Shown in pieces: positions 29,725 to 39,101 of a stretch of DNA of 64,000 bases. This stretch comes from a virus. A model generated the notes under the pieces. That model did no database searches. It was not told the origin of the DNA and was given only the letters and a program-made list of their open reading frames with translations. A program made the position numbers and the translations under genes. The stretch lies in IMG/VR virus record IMGVR_UViG_3300034190_002630. The stretch is one strand, 5' to 3'. How positions within the stretch are numbered: position 1 is the first letter of the stretch; each line of letters starts with the position of its first letter.

Positions 29725-30246
29725 ATGAGATCACTTGTCGAAATAATGAAGACAAGTGCCGAGGACTTACCACAGATATACTGTGATATGGACGGAGTTC
29801 TTTGTGACTTTATAAAAGGGGCAAACGCCGCAGTAAATGGTTTGTTTGTCACTGCCGAAAGAGGCACCCGTTGGGATAAAATAGCAGAGAAAGGTGCGAA
29901 GTTTTGGGCAGACTTAGAGTGGATGCCTGATAGTAAAAAATTATATCAGTTTATCGCAAGATATAATCCTAAAATATTATCAGCATATTCACCTAAAATG
30001 GCATCAGGTTCTAAAAAAGGAAAGATGCAGTGGCTCCAAAAAAATACTAGAATCAAAAGAAGTGATATAAATCTAGTATTAAGAGACCAAAAACGTAAGT
30101 TTGCACAAACAAATGACAAACCTAATATACTTATAGATGACTATATAAAGAACGTTAGGGAATGGGAAAGTGCAGGTGGAATAGGAATAACGCATATAAA
30201 CGTTAGAAAAACGATATCTGAACTTAAAAAACAAGGATTTAAATAA
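29725..30246 (+). CDS. HAD-family 5'(3')-deoxyribonucleotidase-like protein
   Basis: YCDMDGVL.DF, ILS, K..W, ILIDD...N..EW..AGG.GI. Confidence 0.85.
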   Translation: MRSLVEIMKTSAEDLPQIYCDMDGVLCDFIKGANAAVNGLFVTAERGTRWDKIAEKGAKFWADLEWMPDSKKLYQFIARYNPKILSAYSPKMASGSKKGKMQWLQKNTRIKRSDINLVLRDQKRKFAQTNDKPNILIDDYIKNVREWESAGGIGITHINVRKTISELKKQGFK

Positions 30247-30253
30247 GAATTAT

Positions 30254-30261
30254 TATAAATA
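30254..30261 (+). promoter_or_regulatory. T4-type late promoter
   Basis: Exact TATAAATA before AAGGAG and ATG 30284. Confidence 0.8.
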
Positions 30262-30283
30262 ATAATAAAAAAAGGAGACTAAC

Positions 30284-31570
30284 ATGGGCTTATGGGGAGT
30301 TACACCGAATCTAAAACCAAAGTTTTTGCCTGAAGACAAAAACGCCGCTGGTTCAACTGGTGCAAGACATCACGCAATAGCGACCAAAAGTGGTTGGGGT
30401 CTAACACCAGGCCTTGCTGCTAGTGGAAACGATAACACGGATGCACAACCAGAAATACTGGTATGTGTAAAAAATTTAGCAGAAGCATTTGGTTCTGCAT
30501 CTATTATTGGTATAAATTGGACTGATCAAACAGTCGCAGACACAGGTACATTTGATATCACTGTGACATTTGATGAGGCAGTGGATGTTACATCTGCAAC
30601 AAGAACTGCAAACCAAACAATTACAAATAAAGCATACATCTTATTATCAAGAGTTGGAAAAACAGACATGGTTGAAGACAGTACAATGGCATGTCAATAT
30701 TTTTCTGGTTCAGGTACAAACCAACTTACATTTAGAGGACTTGCACAGACAAACGCAGCTGCAGGTTTCTTAGCATTTAATGGTGAAGGAGTTGGCGATA
30801 CAGGTGTTGTCACAGGTATTAACTTTGACGGAACTGCAACAATAACTGAGGAAGACGGAAGTTCAGGTTTAAGTATTAGACTTGAAGCTGGAACAACATC
30901 TGATCCAACATTTGGTGCAAAACTTATTGCAAACGGAAGTGCCGGTAAATCTGCAACAGTAAACGGTGCAATAACAACTGCAACAACAGCATTAGTATTA
31001 GACGGTAATTCTGGTACAATCGCAGTTGGTGATGTTGTCACTGTCAAAGATACAAGTACATTATCTTTCGCAGACGCAGACGGAAACACAGCAATCTCAA
31101 CAAACAATGAATTAACAGTTGCCGCTACAAACGGATCAACATCTGTAACACTAAGTGAAGCAATCACAGTCGCAGATAATGTTGATGTTTTATTTCATAC
31201 AGACGGTGGTGAAGAAATCATCTGTGATTCATTAGCATTTAAAGTTGCAGGTCCATTGTTTGCTACAAGATCAGATATTACTACAATAACAAGAACTGGT
31301 CAAGATACAAGTGTTGCAATACTTTTAGAAGAAGGAACAGCAGACTTTGAAGGTAAAACAAATGGTGACGGAAACTTCTTTAGACTTGTACAAGAGTCAG
31401 GTAGTGCCGCATCAAATGACAGTGATGGTAGAAACGCAGAAGGTAAGACATTAAGAACTGATCCTATCGTTGTTGAAACATCATTGAATGATGCCGCAAC
31501 ATTGTCACAGACAGGTACATCAAGTGGTACAGCCAACATCCTCAAAGGTGTTGATGTCGCTGCCGCATAG
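30284..31570 (+). CDS. Virion structural protein (Ig-like/beta-rich)
   Basis: Late promoter; MGLWG start, V.FDE.V.V and Y.SGSGTN.LTF pattern; T/G/A/D-rich. Confidence 0.65.
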   Translation: MGLWGVTPNLKPKFLPEDKNAAGSTGARHHAIATKSGWGLTPGLAASGNDNTDAQPEILVCVKNLAEAFGSASIIGINWTDQTVADTGTFDITVTFDEAVDVTSATRTANQTITNKAYILLSRVGKTDMVEDSTMACQYFSGSGTNQLTFRGLAQTNAAAGFLAFNGEGVGDTGVVTGINFDGTATITEEDGSSGLSIRLEAGTTSDPTFGAKLIANGSAGKSATVNGAITTATTALVLDGNSGTIAVGDVVTVKDTSTLSFADADGNTAISTNNELTVAATNGSTSVTLSEAITVADNVDVLFHTDGGEEIICDSLAFKVAGPLFATRSDITTITRTGQDTSVAILLEEGTADFEGKTNGDGNFFRLVQESGSAASNDSDGRNAEGKTLRTDPIVVETSLNDAATLSQTGTSSGTANILKGVDVAAA

Positions 31571-31572
31571 AG

Positions 31573-31687
31573 TATAAATAGTTTAGCTTGAGTCTATTAT
31601 TATAGGCTCAGTGATGTAGGATAGGGAAACTGATTTCCTACAGTAGAATCCCTCGTAAGAGGTTAATAATATAGAAGGAGACCTATA
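31573..31687 (+). promoter_or_regulatory. Late promoter plus structured 5' leader with three hairpins
   Basis: TATAAATA 31573-31580; stems 31589-31610, 31615-31642, 31651-31662 (GUAA loop); AAGGAG 31675-31680. Confidence 0.65.
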
Positions 31688-32242
31688 ATGGCCGATCTAA
31701 AGATCACTGCATTAACTTCTCTAGCAGCTGCTTCAGCAAGAGAAGACTTATTGCATATAATCGATGATCCAAGTGGAACACCGATTAACAAAAAAGAAAC
31801 AGTTGGAGATTTCTTCAACGCATTAACAGCACCAGTAACACTTGCTGACTCAGACGTTACATTAACTGAGGCAACACACGCTGGTCGTATCGTAATTACA
31901 CCAAACGTAAGTGCAAATAGAACATACACATTACCAACACCTAAAGTTGGAATGTTATTCAGATTTATTGGCCCAACAGGTTTGGCTGCAGCTGATGGTC
32001 ACTCAGTGATTATCTCTGCTGGTTCTGGTAACTCAATTTTCTTCAAAGGACAATTAGTACACCACGATACAGACCAAACTGGTCAAACATCATCTGTTGT
32101 ATTCTCAGATCAAGACTCAAATGAGACAATCACAGTAGCGCTTGCTCAGGCACTTGACATCACATGTGTTGGTACATCAACAACAACATGGCAGATTTCA
32201 GGTTTCACTGCATCTAACACAGCAGTGGCATTTGCTGACTAA
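31688..32242 (+). CDS. Virion structural protein, paralog A (MADLKITALT...)
   Basis: Shares N-terminal DLLH.IDDPSGTPINKK domain with 32618..33094. Confidence 0.7.
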   Translation: MADLKITALTSLAAASAREDLLHIIDDPSGTPINKKETVGDFFNALTAPVTLADSDVTLTEATHAGRIVITPNVSANRTYTLPTPKVGMLFRFIGPTGLAAADGHSVIISAGSGNSIFFKGQLVHHDTDQTGQTSSVVFSDQDSNETITVALAQALDITCVGTSTTTWQISGFTASNTAVAFAD

Positions 32243-32253
32243 TCTTAATTTTC

Positions 32254-32284
32254 AAGTGACCATCTTTATGGTGGTCACTTTTTT
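32254..32284 (+). terminator. Rho-independent terminator
   Basis: aagtgaccatc / ggtggtcactt stem followed by T run. Confidence 0.85.
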
Positions 32285-32300
32285 ATCATAAGGAGTTATT

Positions 32301-32558
32301 ATGAGTTTAGGTAAACAAGAACTTGAAGATCAGATTGCAAAGTTGACAAAAGATATAACAACTTTACAAAATGCAATCACTGATTTTGAAAAGAAAAAAC
32401 AAGAAGCAATCGCACAACTAAACGCATTTCAAGGTGCAGTGCAACAATGTCAATTGTTTTTAAAAGAGATTAATAATGAGGCCGAAAGTGAAACTGATGA
32501 TTTAGGTGGATTACCCGATACACCTAAAGAAGAGGAAAGAACTGACGACCAGATGTGA
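32301..32558 (+). CDS. Small coiled-coil protein
   Basis: AAGGAG RBS; heptad pattern. Confidence 0.65.
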   Translation: MSLGKQELEDQIAKLTKDITTLQNAITDFEKKKQEAIAQLNAFQGAVQQCQLFLKEINNEAESETDDLGGLPDTPKEEERTDDQM

Positions 32559-32617
32559 TTATGGTGTATGCCATAAGTAAAATTCCCTACGTAGGGTTTA
32601 TATAAAGGAGAACGGTT

Positions 32618-33094
32618 ATGGCCGATAAGAAAATTACAGCGTTAACAGATTTGTCAACTGGTGTTGCATCTGCTGACCTGTTACACGTGATTGATGATCC
32701 AAGCGGAACACCAATCAACAAAAAAGTTTCAGTCGCAAACTTTATCAACAACTTACCATCATTTATAGGATTTTCAAACTCAGTTGAAGATATTTCTGAT
32801 GGTACACAAACAGCGATCTCAGTATCAACTGCTTTGACATTATTACAAACTGCTGGCACAAACGCAACCACACTTGCTAATGGAACAGTTGTAGGTCAAA
32901 TTAAAATCATCGTTCACGATACAGACGGTGGATCAACTGAGATGACACCTGCAAGTGCATTAGGATTTGTAAATGCAGACTTTGTTACCGCTGGTGATAC
33001 TCTAACATGTATGTGGACAGGTTCTGCATGGGTTGTACTTGCATCTCACGCTGCAGCCGCTGACACAGGTGTTGCTGAGGTATCAGACGACTAA
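32618..33094 (+). CDS. Virion structural protein, paralog B (MADKKITALT...)
   Basis: Shared N-terminal domain; C-terminal TLANG...GQIK.I...GD....MWTG..W. Confidence 0.7.
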   Translation: MADKKITALTDLSTGVASADLLHVIDDPSGTPINKKVSVANFINNLPSFIGFSNSVEDISDGTQTAISVSTALTLLQTAGTNATTLANGTVVGQIKIIVHDTDGGSTEMTPASALGFVNADFVTAGDTLTCMWTGSAWVVLASHAAAADTGVAEVSDD

Positions 33095-33105
33095 TAACTA
33101 ATTAA

Positions 33106-33129
33106 CACTTGGGGCGAGAGCCCCAGGTG
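33106..33129 (+). other. GC-rich intergenic hairpin with GAGA tetraloop (no U tail)
   Basis: cacttggggc-gaga-gccccaggtg. Confidence 0.7.
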
Positions 33130-33145
33130 CTATGAAGGGAAAAAA

Positions 33146-33574
33146 ATGAAAAGCTTTAAAAAATTTGTTAAAGAAAGTGTAGGACCTCACGCTATGGGAT
33201 TTCAATTTGATTCCAATGACAACATGTCTGCGTTATCAAACCCAGTCGTTATACAAAAATTAAATGCATATGTTGGTGTTATAACTAATGAGGAAACTAA
33301 AATAGTTGAAGATGCAATTTCAAATCTCAGACAAAAACTTATGAGGGTTGGATTGACATTTGGTGAAGTTCCTATGTTTGAAGGTAAGAGTGGTAGTTTT
33401 TCACTTCCATTAACATTATTCGGTGGAAGATTTGGAAAAGATACTGATACACCTCACGATGAGTTTCTAAATGATGATGGTATCTCTGATAAAGTCGAAG
33501 GTGGTTTATCACTTAACATCGGTTATGAAATGACCGCTTCAAACTGTTATAAGATTTCTGCAAAAATAGAATAG
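33146..33574 (+). CDS. Hypothetical protein
   Basis: MKSFKKFVKE N-terminus typical of T4-like head-targeted proteins. Confidence 0.65.
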   Translation: MKSFKKFVKESVGPHAMGFQFDSNDNMSALSNPVVIQKLNAYVGVITNEETKIVEDAISNLRQKLMRVGLTFGEVPMFEGKSGSFSLPLTLFGGRFGKDTDTPHDEFLNDDGISDKVEGGLSLNIGYEMTASNCYKISAKIE

Positions 33575-33581
33575 TAATGGC

Positions 33582-33944
33582 ATGTATGAGAAGATTACTT
33601 CTGATAATGTCATCATGTTTGCAATAAAAAATTATAATAACCCTCAGTGTGAGGGTGAACTTGAATTTTATGATGATCTAAAAAGATTTAAATATATTAA
33701 AAGACTTTTCAAAAAATATCTAGAGACAGGTGAACTTCGAGAACGCCTTCTAATCAATCACTTCATAGTTTTAAATAACGTATTTGGATCAGACGCAGCC
33801 ATTACATTATTACTTTTTAAAATAGAAAAAGAGTATTGGAGTATAATGAAGTCATTTTTAATATATCTAAATATGTTAGAGAAACACGAATTAAAAGATG
33901 TACGATCAGATGAAAACGTGTTTGAAATATTAAGGAAAATATAA
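33582..33944 (+). CDS. Conserved T4-like hypothetical protein
   Basis: FAIKNYNNPQC...EFYDDLKRFKYIKRL...RLLINH pattern. Confidence 0.75.
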   Translation: MYEKITSDNVIMFAIKNYNNPQCEGELEFYDDLKRFKYIKRLFKKYLETGELRERLLINHFIVLNNVFGSDAAITLLLFKIEKEYWSIMKSFLIYLNMLEKHELKDVRSDENVFEILRKI

Positions 33945-34558
33945 TGGGAAGAGCAGTAGATTTATTCGTTACATATCGTTTTATCAAACTACTAACGACA
34001 CCTTTTGAAAAAACAGAGGCGTTTAAATTAGGTATTATTGATAAAGATGGTAATAGAATTAAAAAAGAAAAATCAACAAAACCAGCAGTTGAATTAGCAA
34101 CTAGTGAACAAAAGGCTGCATATACAATACTTCATAAATTAGTTTTTAATATTAAAAAAATATTTTCAAAGGTACCTGGTTTGAGAACTAAAGTTGGAAC
34201 ATATGCTGCCGCTTTGTTTTTATTAAAAGACACATTTAAAGAGTCAGTGTCAGACCCAGATATGTTTGAAAAAGAGTTTATTAAGTATCTAAAAGAAGAA
34301 GATATTGAGTTTGATGATGAAATACAAGAAGAAGTTATAGGATTTGGTGAGCAACTTCCAAAAGGAAGGTATAGGTTAAAACAAGATATACTAAATAAAC
34401 AAGAAGAAGAGTTAAGTGCAAAGAAGGGTGATATTGTCATTGCATTTGATGACGAGGCACCGTTTGATACAATATTAGGAGTAGAAATTTTTTCTGTTGT
34501 GCATGAAAAATCACAAGAAAAAATATACGTAAGTTTAGAGGATTTAGAAGATGCTTAA
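33944..34558 (+). CDS. Conserved T4-like hypothetical protein
   Basis: YRFIKLLTTPF...AFKLGIID..G, YAAALFLLK pattern. Confidence 0.75.
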   Translation: MGRAVDLFVTYRFIKLLTTPFEKTEAFKLGIIDKDGNRIKKEKSTKPAVELATSEQKAAYTILHKLVFNIKKIFSKVPGLRTKVGTYAAALFLLKDTFKESVSDPDMFEKEFIKYLKEEDIEFDDEIQEEVIGFGEQLPKGRYRLKQDILNKQEEELSAKKGDIVIAFDDEAPFDTILGVEIFSVVHEKSQEKIYVSLEDLEDA

Positions 34559-35060
34559 AAAATTTAGAGAGATAAATGTCTTTACAGGTAGACCAGTAGA
34601 GGAAGATGCACCTACAAATGCAACTGGGCCTGCTGTTGCTGGTACAGGTGATGATAGTTCTGTTGTTGTAGTTAGAAGAAAAAAAGATAAAGAAAATAAA
34701 ATGTTTTTAGATGCAAGAACTAAAGCATATAAACAACACGCAGAAAAACTTCAAAAAATGCGTGAAAGAAGAAGTAAATTAAAAGAAGATATTTTATCAA
34801 AAACAGATGAGTTCTACAGAGAAATGTTTGTTGTAGAAAATAATCTTAGAATGTTAAAAGATATTGTTAAAAAGAAATCAGCAAAACCTTTAAAATTTAA
34901 AGATGGTAGAATGAAAGTTGATTTAACAACTGCAAGCACAATTACACAAGTCTATGATAAAGTAAATGCATCTAATAAAAAGAAGATTGAAAATATGATA
35001 AACGGCACAAAGAAAAACTTTTTACAAATATCTAATGCTGTTTTTAAACTGGCAAGGTAA
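34551..35060 (+). CDS. Hypothetical protein
   Basis: EEDAPTNA motif; FKDG...VD..TAS module similar to the C-terminus of 27232..28803. Confidence 0.65.
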   Translation: MLKKFREINVFTGRPVEEDAPTNATGPAVAGTGDDSSVVVVRRKKDKENKMFLDARTKAYKQHAEKLQKMRERRSKLKEDILSKTDEFYREMFVVENNLRMLKDIVKKKSAKPLKFKDGRMKVDLTTASTITQVYDKVNASNKKKIENMINGTKKNFLQISNAVFKLAR

Positions 35061-35062
35061 AC

Positions 35063-36331
35063 ATGGGATTAATGTCTCTAAAAGAATATGGTCTTGCATA
35101 TGAACCATCTGGTAGAGATTATGCATATAGTTTATATCAACCTGTCGCAGATCTCAATCTAAGGGCTCAAAAAGAGAAACAAGTTTCCAAATCAGACATA
35201 GATCAGATAGAAAGATACGCAGATCGTCTTTTTGCGTCATTGAATATTGATGTAGAATTTACAAGACATTTTATGGATCGAGTAAATGATGCAAGAAATA
35301 AAACACCTATCACCCCTGCTGAACTCACAAGACTTTTTAGACAATCTTATAGAAAACATGGAAAAAAAATTAAGAACTTAGGGCCAGATGCAGAGGCAGT
35401 TTTGAATGACATGCAGACTGATATCAATATGCCGTTTGTTTTAAAAGTTGATGGCAATGAACTTGATTTAGTTGCAAAGACTGTCATGAGAAAAAAGAAT
35501 TTTAAAACAAAAGGACCGAAACTATCATTTGAAGAATTTAAACAAAAAGATAAGAAAAGAAAACTACCAATTGAAACACCAGGTCAACCTAAAATCGCAA
35601 GTGTAGATACTTGGACACAAGGACCAGATAACGCAGCACAAATACACACACAAAGAACATTTAATATTACAACACCAGGACAAGTAAGAGACTATGCAAA
35701 ATTAGTTACTACTAGAAAGTTTCAAAAGTTTGAAGAAGTTGATATTGAAGAAGGTATCAAGCCATATGTTTCTATGATGAAGAAAGATGTTCGTGGTCGT
35801 AGAGTAATGCATTATCGAGTTTTAGATAAAGATGAAAAAGAAATATTAGTAACTACTGATAAAGGTAAAGCTGAAAAATTTTTAAAGAAAAATTATAATA
35901 AACTTAAAACAGGTTCAGTAAAACCTATTAAAGAAGATACTATTGAAGAAAAAGGTCTTTGGCATAATATTCACATGAAAAGAAAGCGTGGCGAAAGAAT
36001 GAGAAAAAAAGGTGAGAAGGGAGCCCCAACACCTGCTCAAATGGCAAAAGCAAAAGCTGCATCTGAGGATAATCATACACCTTTAGACAGAATTAAAGCA
36101 GATCACAAAAGAGAAAGAGAGGCCGATGCGATAAGAAGAGATAGAGAATTAGATCGTGCAAGATTGGCAACTGCAAGACAAATGAACACAGAAAAAGCAC
36201 CTGATACATCTGACGCAATGAAAAGATACAAAGCAGGTAAAGCAGGATTTACGGATATCGCACATTTGAAAGCAAAAGGATTAATTAAGAGATCTGATGG
36301 TACTAAGAGAAAATCAGATAAATACAAATAA
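35063..36331 (+). CDS. Modular late protein
   Basis: FTRHF.DRVND.RN module, GLW.NIH.KRKRG module; IEE/IKE boundaries. Confidence 0.65.
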   Translation: MGLMSLKEYGLAYEPSGRDYAYSLYQPVADLNLRAQKEKQVSKSDIDQIERYADRLFASLNIDVEFTRHFMDRVNDARNKTPITPAELTRLFRQSYRKHGKKIKNLGPDAEAVLNDMQTDINMPFVLKVDGNELDLVAKTVMRKKNFKTKGPKLSFEEFKQKDKKRKLPIETPGQPKIASVDTWTQGPDNAAQIHTQRTFNITTPGQVRDYAKLVTTRKFQKFEEVDIEEGIKPYVSMMKKDVRGRRVMHYRVLDKDEKEILVTTDKGKAEKFLKKNYNKLKTGSVKPIKEDTIEEKGLWHNIHMKRKRGERMRKKGEKGAPTPAQMAKAKAASEDNHTPLDRIKADHKREREADAIRRDRELDRARLATARQMNTEKAPDTSDAMKRYKAGKAGFTDIAHLKAKGLIKRSDGTKRKSDKYK

Positions 36332-36624
36332 TGTCAGAACAAACAAAAAAAGTTAATTTAGAATTAGAGATTGACACTAACACAGTTGACTCTAGTAAAA
36401 ATAAGTATCAAGGTCTAATTGATCTTGCAAAAGCAGTTGATGCTTGGAGAATTTTTCCTAGATTATTTTTAACTGTTTACATAGTATTATTATATAAATG
36501 TGTGATTTGGTATATGAACTTAGCGGCTCCAACAATGGAACAATCTGGTTTGATTAGTATAGTTGTTGGTGCAGGTGCTGCTTGGTTTGGATTATATACT
36601 GGCACAAGTAAAAGTAAGAAATAA
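36331..36624 (+). CDS. Small two-TM membrane protein (holin candidate)
   Basis: DAWRIFPR followed by two hydrophobic segments. Confidence 0.6.
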   Translation: MSEQTKKVNLELEIDTNTVDSSKNKYQGLIDLAKAVDAWRIFPRLFLTVYIVLLYKCVIWYMNLAAPTMEQSGLISIVVGAGAAWFGLYTGTSKSKK

Positions 36625-36637
36625 TTAGGAGTTTAAA

Positions 36638-37216
36638 ATGGAAATATTATTAACACTTGCCATGAAATTTTGGCAATGGACTGTTTTAATAAGTTTAATT
36701 ATTATTGGTTTTATTGTTAATCTTTTCGATAAAAAGGTTGACAACAGAGTCAATTTTTCATATAATGACTATCCACACATGAAACCAATTAGAATTGAAA
36801 CAAAAGGAAAAGGTTTCTTTAAGATGATATTAATGTGGCTTCTCGGTGTAAGACATTGGGAGATTACAAAAGATTTTACTTTCTCACTAGAGGGTAAAAA
36901 TTATGTCATACCAGCAGGTTTTACTTTTGATGGTGCAAGCATTCCAAAATTTTTGCACATGTTCTTATCACCTGTTGGAGTGCTTTTAATAGGTGGACTC
37001 ATACACGACTATGCTTATAAGTATGAAACTCTATTAGAAGATAATAAGAAAGACACTATGGGTATCATATCTCAAAAAAGAGCAGATCAAATCTTTAGAG
37101 ATATTAATATCGAAGTAAATGGTTTCTATCTTATGAATTACTTAGCATACTGGTCACTAAGACTAGGTGGATTTATGGCGTGGAACAAACACCGTAAAGT
37201 CAACGCTAAGATATAA
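36638..37216 (+). CDS. DUF1353-family protein with N-terminal TM
   Basis: IPAGF.FDGASIP, IHDYAY, ADQIF. Confidence 0.8.
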   Translation: MEILLTLAMKFWQWTVLISLIIIGFIVNLFDKKVDNRVNFSYNDYPHMKPIRIETKGKGFFKMILMWLLGVRHWEITKDFTFSLEGKNYVIPAGFTFDGASIPKFLHMFLSPVGVLLIGGLIHDYAYKYETLLEDNKKDTMGIISQKRADQIFRDINIEVNGFYLMNYLAYWSLRLGGFMAWNKHRKVNAKI

Positions 37217-37231
37217 AAAGGAGGTTCTAAT

Positions 37232-37390
37232 ATGAACTGGTTAAAAGAAAGATCAAAAGAAATGTCTTCTATATCAGGCGCAAGTCTGGTTGTTCTTGGA
37301 GGACTGATAGTATTAGGTGGACCGTTTGTCAATTTACTGGCATGGGCCGCAATCATATGGGGTACTATTTCCATAGTTCGAAAAGACTAA
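37232..37390 (+). CDS. 52-aa membrane protein (not in ORF track)
   Basis: AGGAGG RBS; MNWLKERSKEMSSISGASLVVLGGLIVLGGPFVNLLAWAAIIWGTISIVRKD. Confidence 0.7.
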   Translation: MNWLKERSKEMSSISGASLVVLGGLIVLGGPFVNLLAWAAIIWGTISIVRKD

Positions 37391-37396
37391 TCATTT

Positions 37397-37765
37397 ATGT
37401 TTGGAATTAGACTATTACTAATAGGTATCGTCAGCGCCACATTGATTGGCGCTGGCGCTTATGTGCTTAAGTTAAGATCAGATAACGCAATTCTAAAAGC
37501 AAATCAAATAAAATTAGAAGGTGCGATTGAGACACAAAAAGAAGTTATCGAAAATCAGAAACAAGACTATGAAAAAATCATCTCTATCAATAAAGAACTA
37601 AATGATGATATAATACAGATTAATAAGTCAAAACAAATATTACAAGATAAATTATCTAAACACGACTTAAATTATCTTGCAGTGGAGAAACCAGGGTTGA
37701 TTGAAAAAATAATCAATAAAGGATCTAATAAAATTATGGATGAACTAAATGAGGCAACAAGATGA
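37397..37765 (+). CDS. Putative inner-membrane spanin (Rz-like)
   Basis: N-terminal TM then coiled coil; followed by overlapping lipoprotein gene. Confidence 0.65.
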   Translation: MFGIRLLLIGIVSATLIGAGAYVLKLRSDNAILKANQIKLEGAIETQKEVIENQKQDYEKIISINKELNDDIIQINKSKQILQDKLSKHDLNYLAVEKPGLIEKIINKGSNKIMDELNEATR

Positions 37766-38133
37766 TTAGAGTTGTTGTATCGTGTTTATTGTTAGTTGTT
37801 GTATTACTAATATTCTCTAGTTGTTCAACATTTAAATCAGAAAAACAAGTAGAAGTAATTACACAAGAAATTGAAAAACCTAAATTAAATTTAGATGTGG
37901 TAGAACCATTAGATTTAAAACCTATAAAATGGATTGTAATTACAAGAGAAAATGTTGCACAAGTTTTTAGTGAAATAGAACAAGAGGGAAAGTCAGTGGC
38001 ACTTTTTGCACTTGATACTGACACTTATGAAATATTAGCAATTAATATGGAAGATATTAAAAGATATATACTAACTCAAAATAAAATCTTAGTTAAGTAT
38101 AAAGAGTATTACGAACCTGTTGAAGAACAATAA
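37762..38133 (+). CDS. Putative outer-membrane spanin lipoprotein (Rz1-like)
   Basis: Signal peptide with lipobox-like FSSC; proline-containing periplasmic part. Confidence 0.65.
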   Translation: MIRVVVSCLLLVVVLLIFSSCSTFKSEKQVEVITQEIEKPKLNLDVVEPLDLKPIKWIVITRENVAQVFSEIEQEGKSVALFALDTDTYEILAINMEDIKRYILTQNKILVKYKEYYEPVEEQ

Positions 38134-38187
38134 TATATCGAGGGGGAGTTCTCTACATTATCACACACATTAGGAAAGGAGATTTTC

Positions 38188-38421
38188 ATGGAAATCTTAA
38201 ATAAATTTAGAACTTGGGCGTCTGCACTTGCAGAAGTCGGTGTAAGTTTAATAGCACTTGGCATCGTTCTTGAAGTTCTATTCAACGGACAGGGCATACC
38301 GTTCTGGCCAAACATTAATGTGATTGGGAATGTACAAAGCATCATAGCAGGTTTCTCTGCTCAAGGCTTAGTTGGTTTAGTAGCAGTTTGGGTACTATAT
38401 TCAATCTATACTAAAAAATAA
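38188..38421 (+). CDS. Small two-TM membrane protein
   Basis: AAGGAG RBS; strongly hydrophobic. Confidence 0.7.
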   Translation: MEILNKFRTWASALAEVGVSLIALGIVLEVLFNGQGIPFWPNINVIGNVQSIIAGFSAQGLVGLVAVWVLYSIYTKK

Positions 38422-38444
38422 TAAATAATAGTAGGGAGAGAGTT

Positions 38445-38855
38445 TTGTCAGATATACAATTAGATGTAGAATTATTAAAAAAGGACGTAGAAGAAATGAA
38501 GTTGATTCATGGTCGTCTAGATAATGCTATTTCAAAAATATCTGATGTTTCCAATTCTATCAACCGAATGTTGGCAGTTCATGAGGAAAAACTCTCTTCC
38601 CAAGAAGAGGCTATTATTAACGCAGAAAATTTAGTTGAAGCCAGAAGAATGGAATTCAACAAAGAAATCAAAGAACTTCACGATAGAATCACTAAAAACA
38701 GTAAAGAACAGTTAGACGCTATAAACAATCTTAAATCAGAATTATCTGGGCGTGTGGCCGTTTTAGACAAGTTTAGATGGGTTCTAATTGGTGGTTCTAT
38801 AGTTATCGGTTTCATTATACACAAGTTAATGAATATCGGTATCACTATCTCTTGA
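38445..38855 (+). CDS. Coiled-coil protein with C-terminal TM
   Basis: TTG start after GGAGAG; LAVHEEKL; hydrophobic C-terminus. Confidence 0.65.
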   Translation: MSDIQLDVELLKKDVEEMKLIHGRLDNAISKISDVSNSINRMLAVHEEKLSSQEEAIINAENLVEARRMEFNKEIKELHDRITKNSKEQLDAINNLKSELSGRVAVLDKFRWVLIGGSIVIGFIIHKLMNIGITIS

Positions 38856-38880
38856 CAAATTCATCAAAATTTAGTAGGAT
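38852..38880 (+). promoter_or_regulatory. Sigma70-type promoter
   Basis: TTGACA-17 bp-TAGGAT; ATG at 38887. Confidence 0.65.
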
Positions 38881-38886
38881 AATCTA

Positions 38887-39069
38887 ATGACCAGATATAA
38901 GGTTGAAACACACAGAGTTAGTGTGCGACATATTATCGTAAATGCAAATAGTGAAGAAGAGGCAAAACAAGTGGCAAGTGATTATGTTGACAAAAAGTCG
39001 CACATCAACCCAACAATAACTTATGATAAAAAGTTAAAAAAAATTAAGAGATGTAAAGAAATAGATTGA
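38887..39069 (+). CDS. Hypothetical protein
   Basis: V.ANSEEEA pattern; own promoter. Confidence 0.6.
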   Translation: MTRYKVETHRVSVRHIIVNANSEEEAKQVASDYVDKKSHINPTITYDKKLKKIKRCKEID

Positions 39070-39095
39070 CAATCAGATAGTATCTGATATATTAT
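39066..39095 (+). promoter_or_regulatory. Sigma70-type promoter for primase with palindromic spacer
   Basis: TTGACA 39066-39071, ATCAGATA-g-TATCTGAT 39072-39088, TATTAT 39090-39095. Confidence 0.7.
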
Positions 39096-39101
39096 GTTGT
39101 A

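Noticed and set aside
33106-33129. Hairpin as rho-independent terminator or tRNA fragment
   Set aside because: No U tract and no cloverleaf; kept only as a stability or processing hairpin
38134-38187. Possible regulatory RNA before the 77-aa membrane gene
   Set aside because: Only weak G-U-rich pairing; insufficient support
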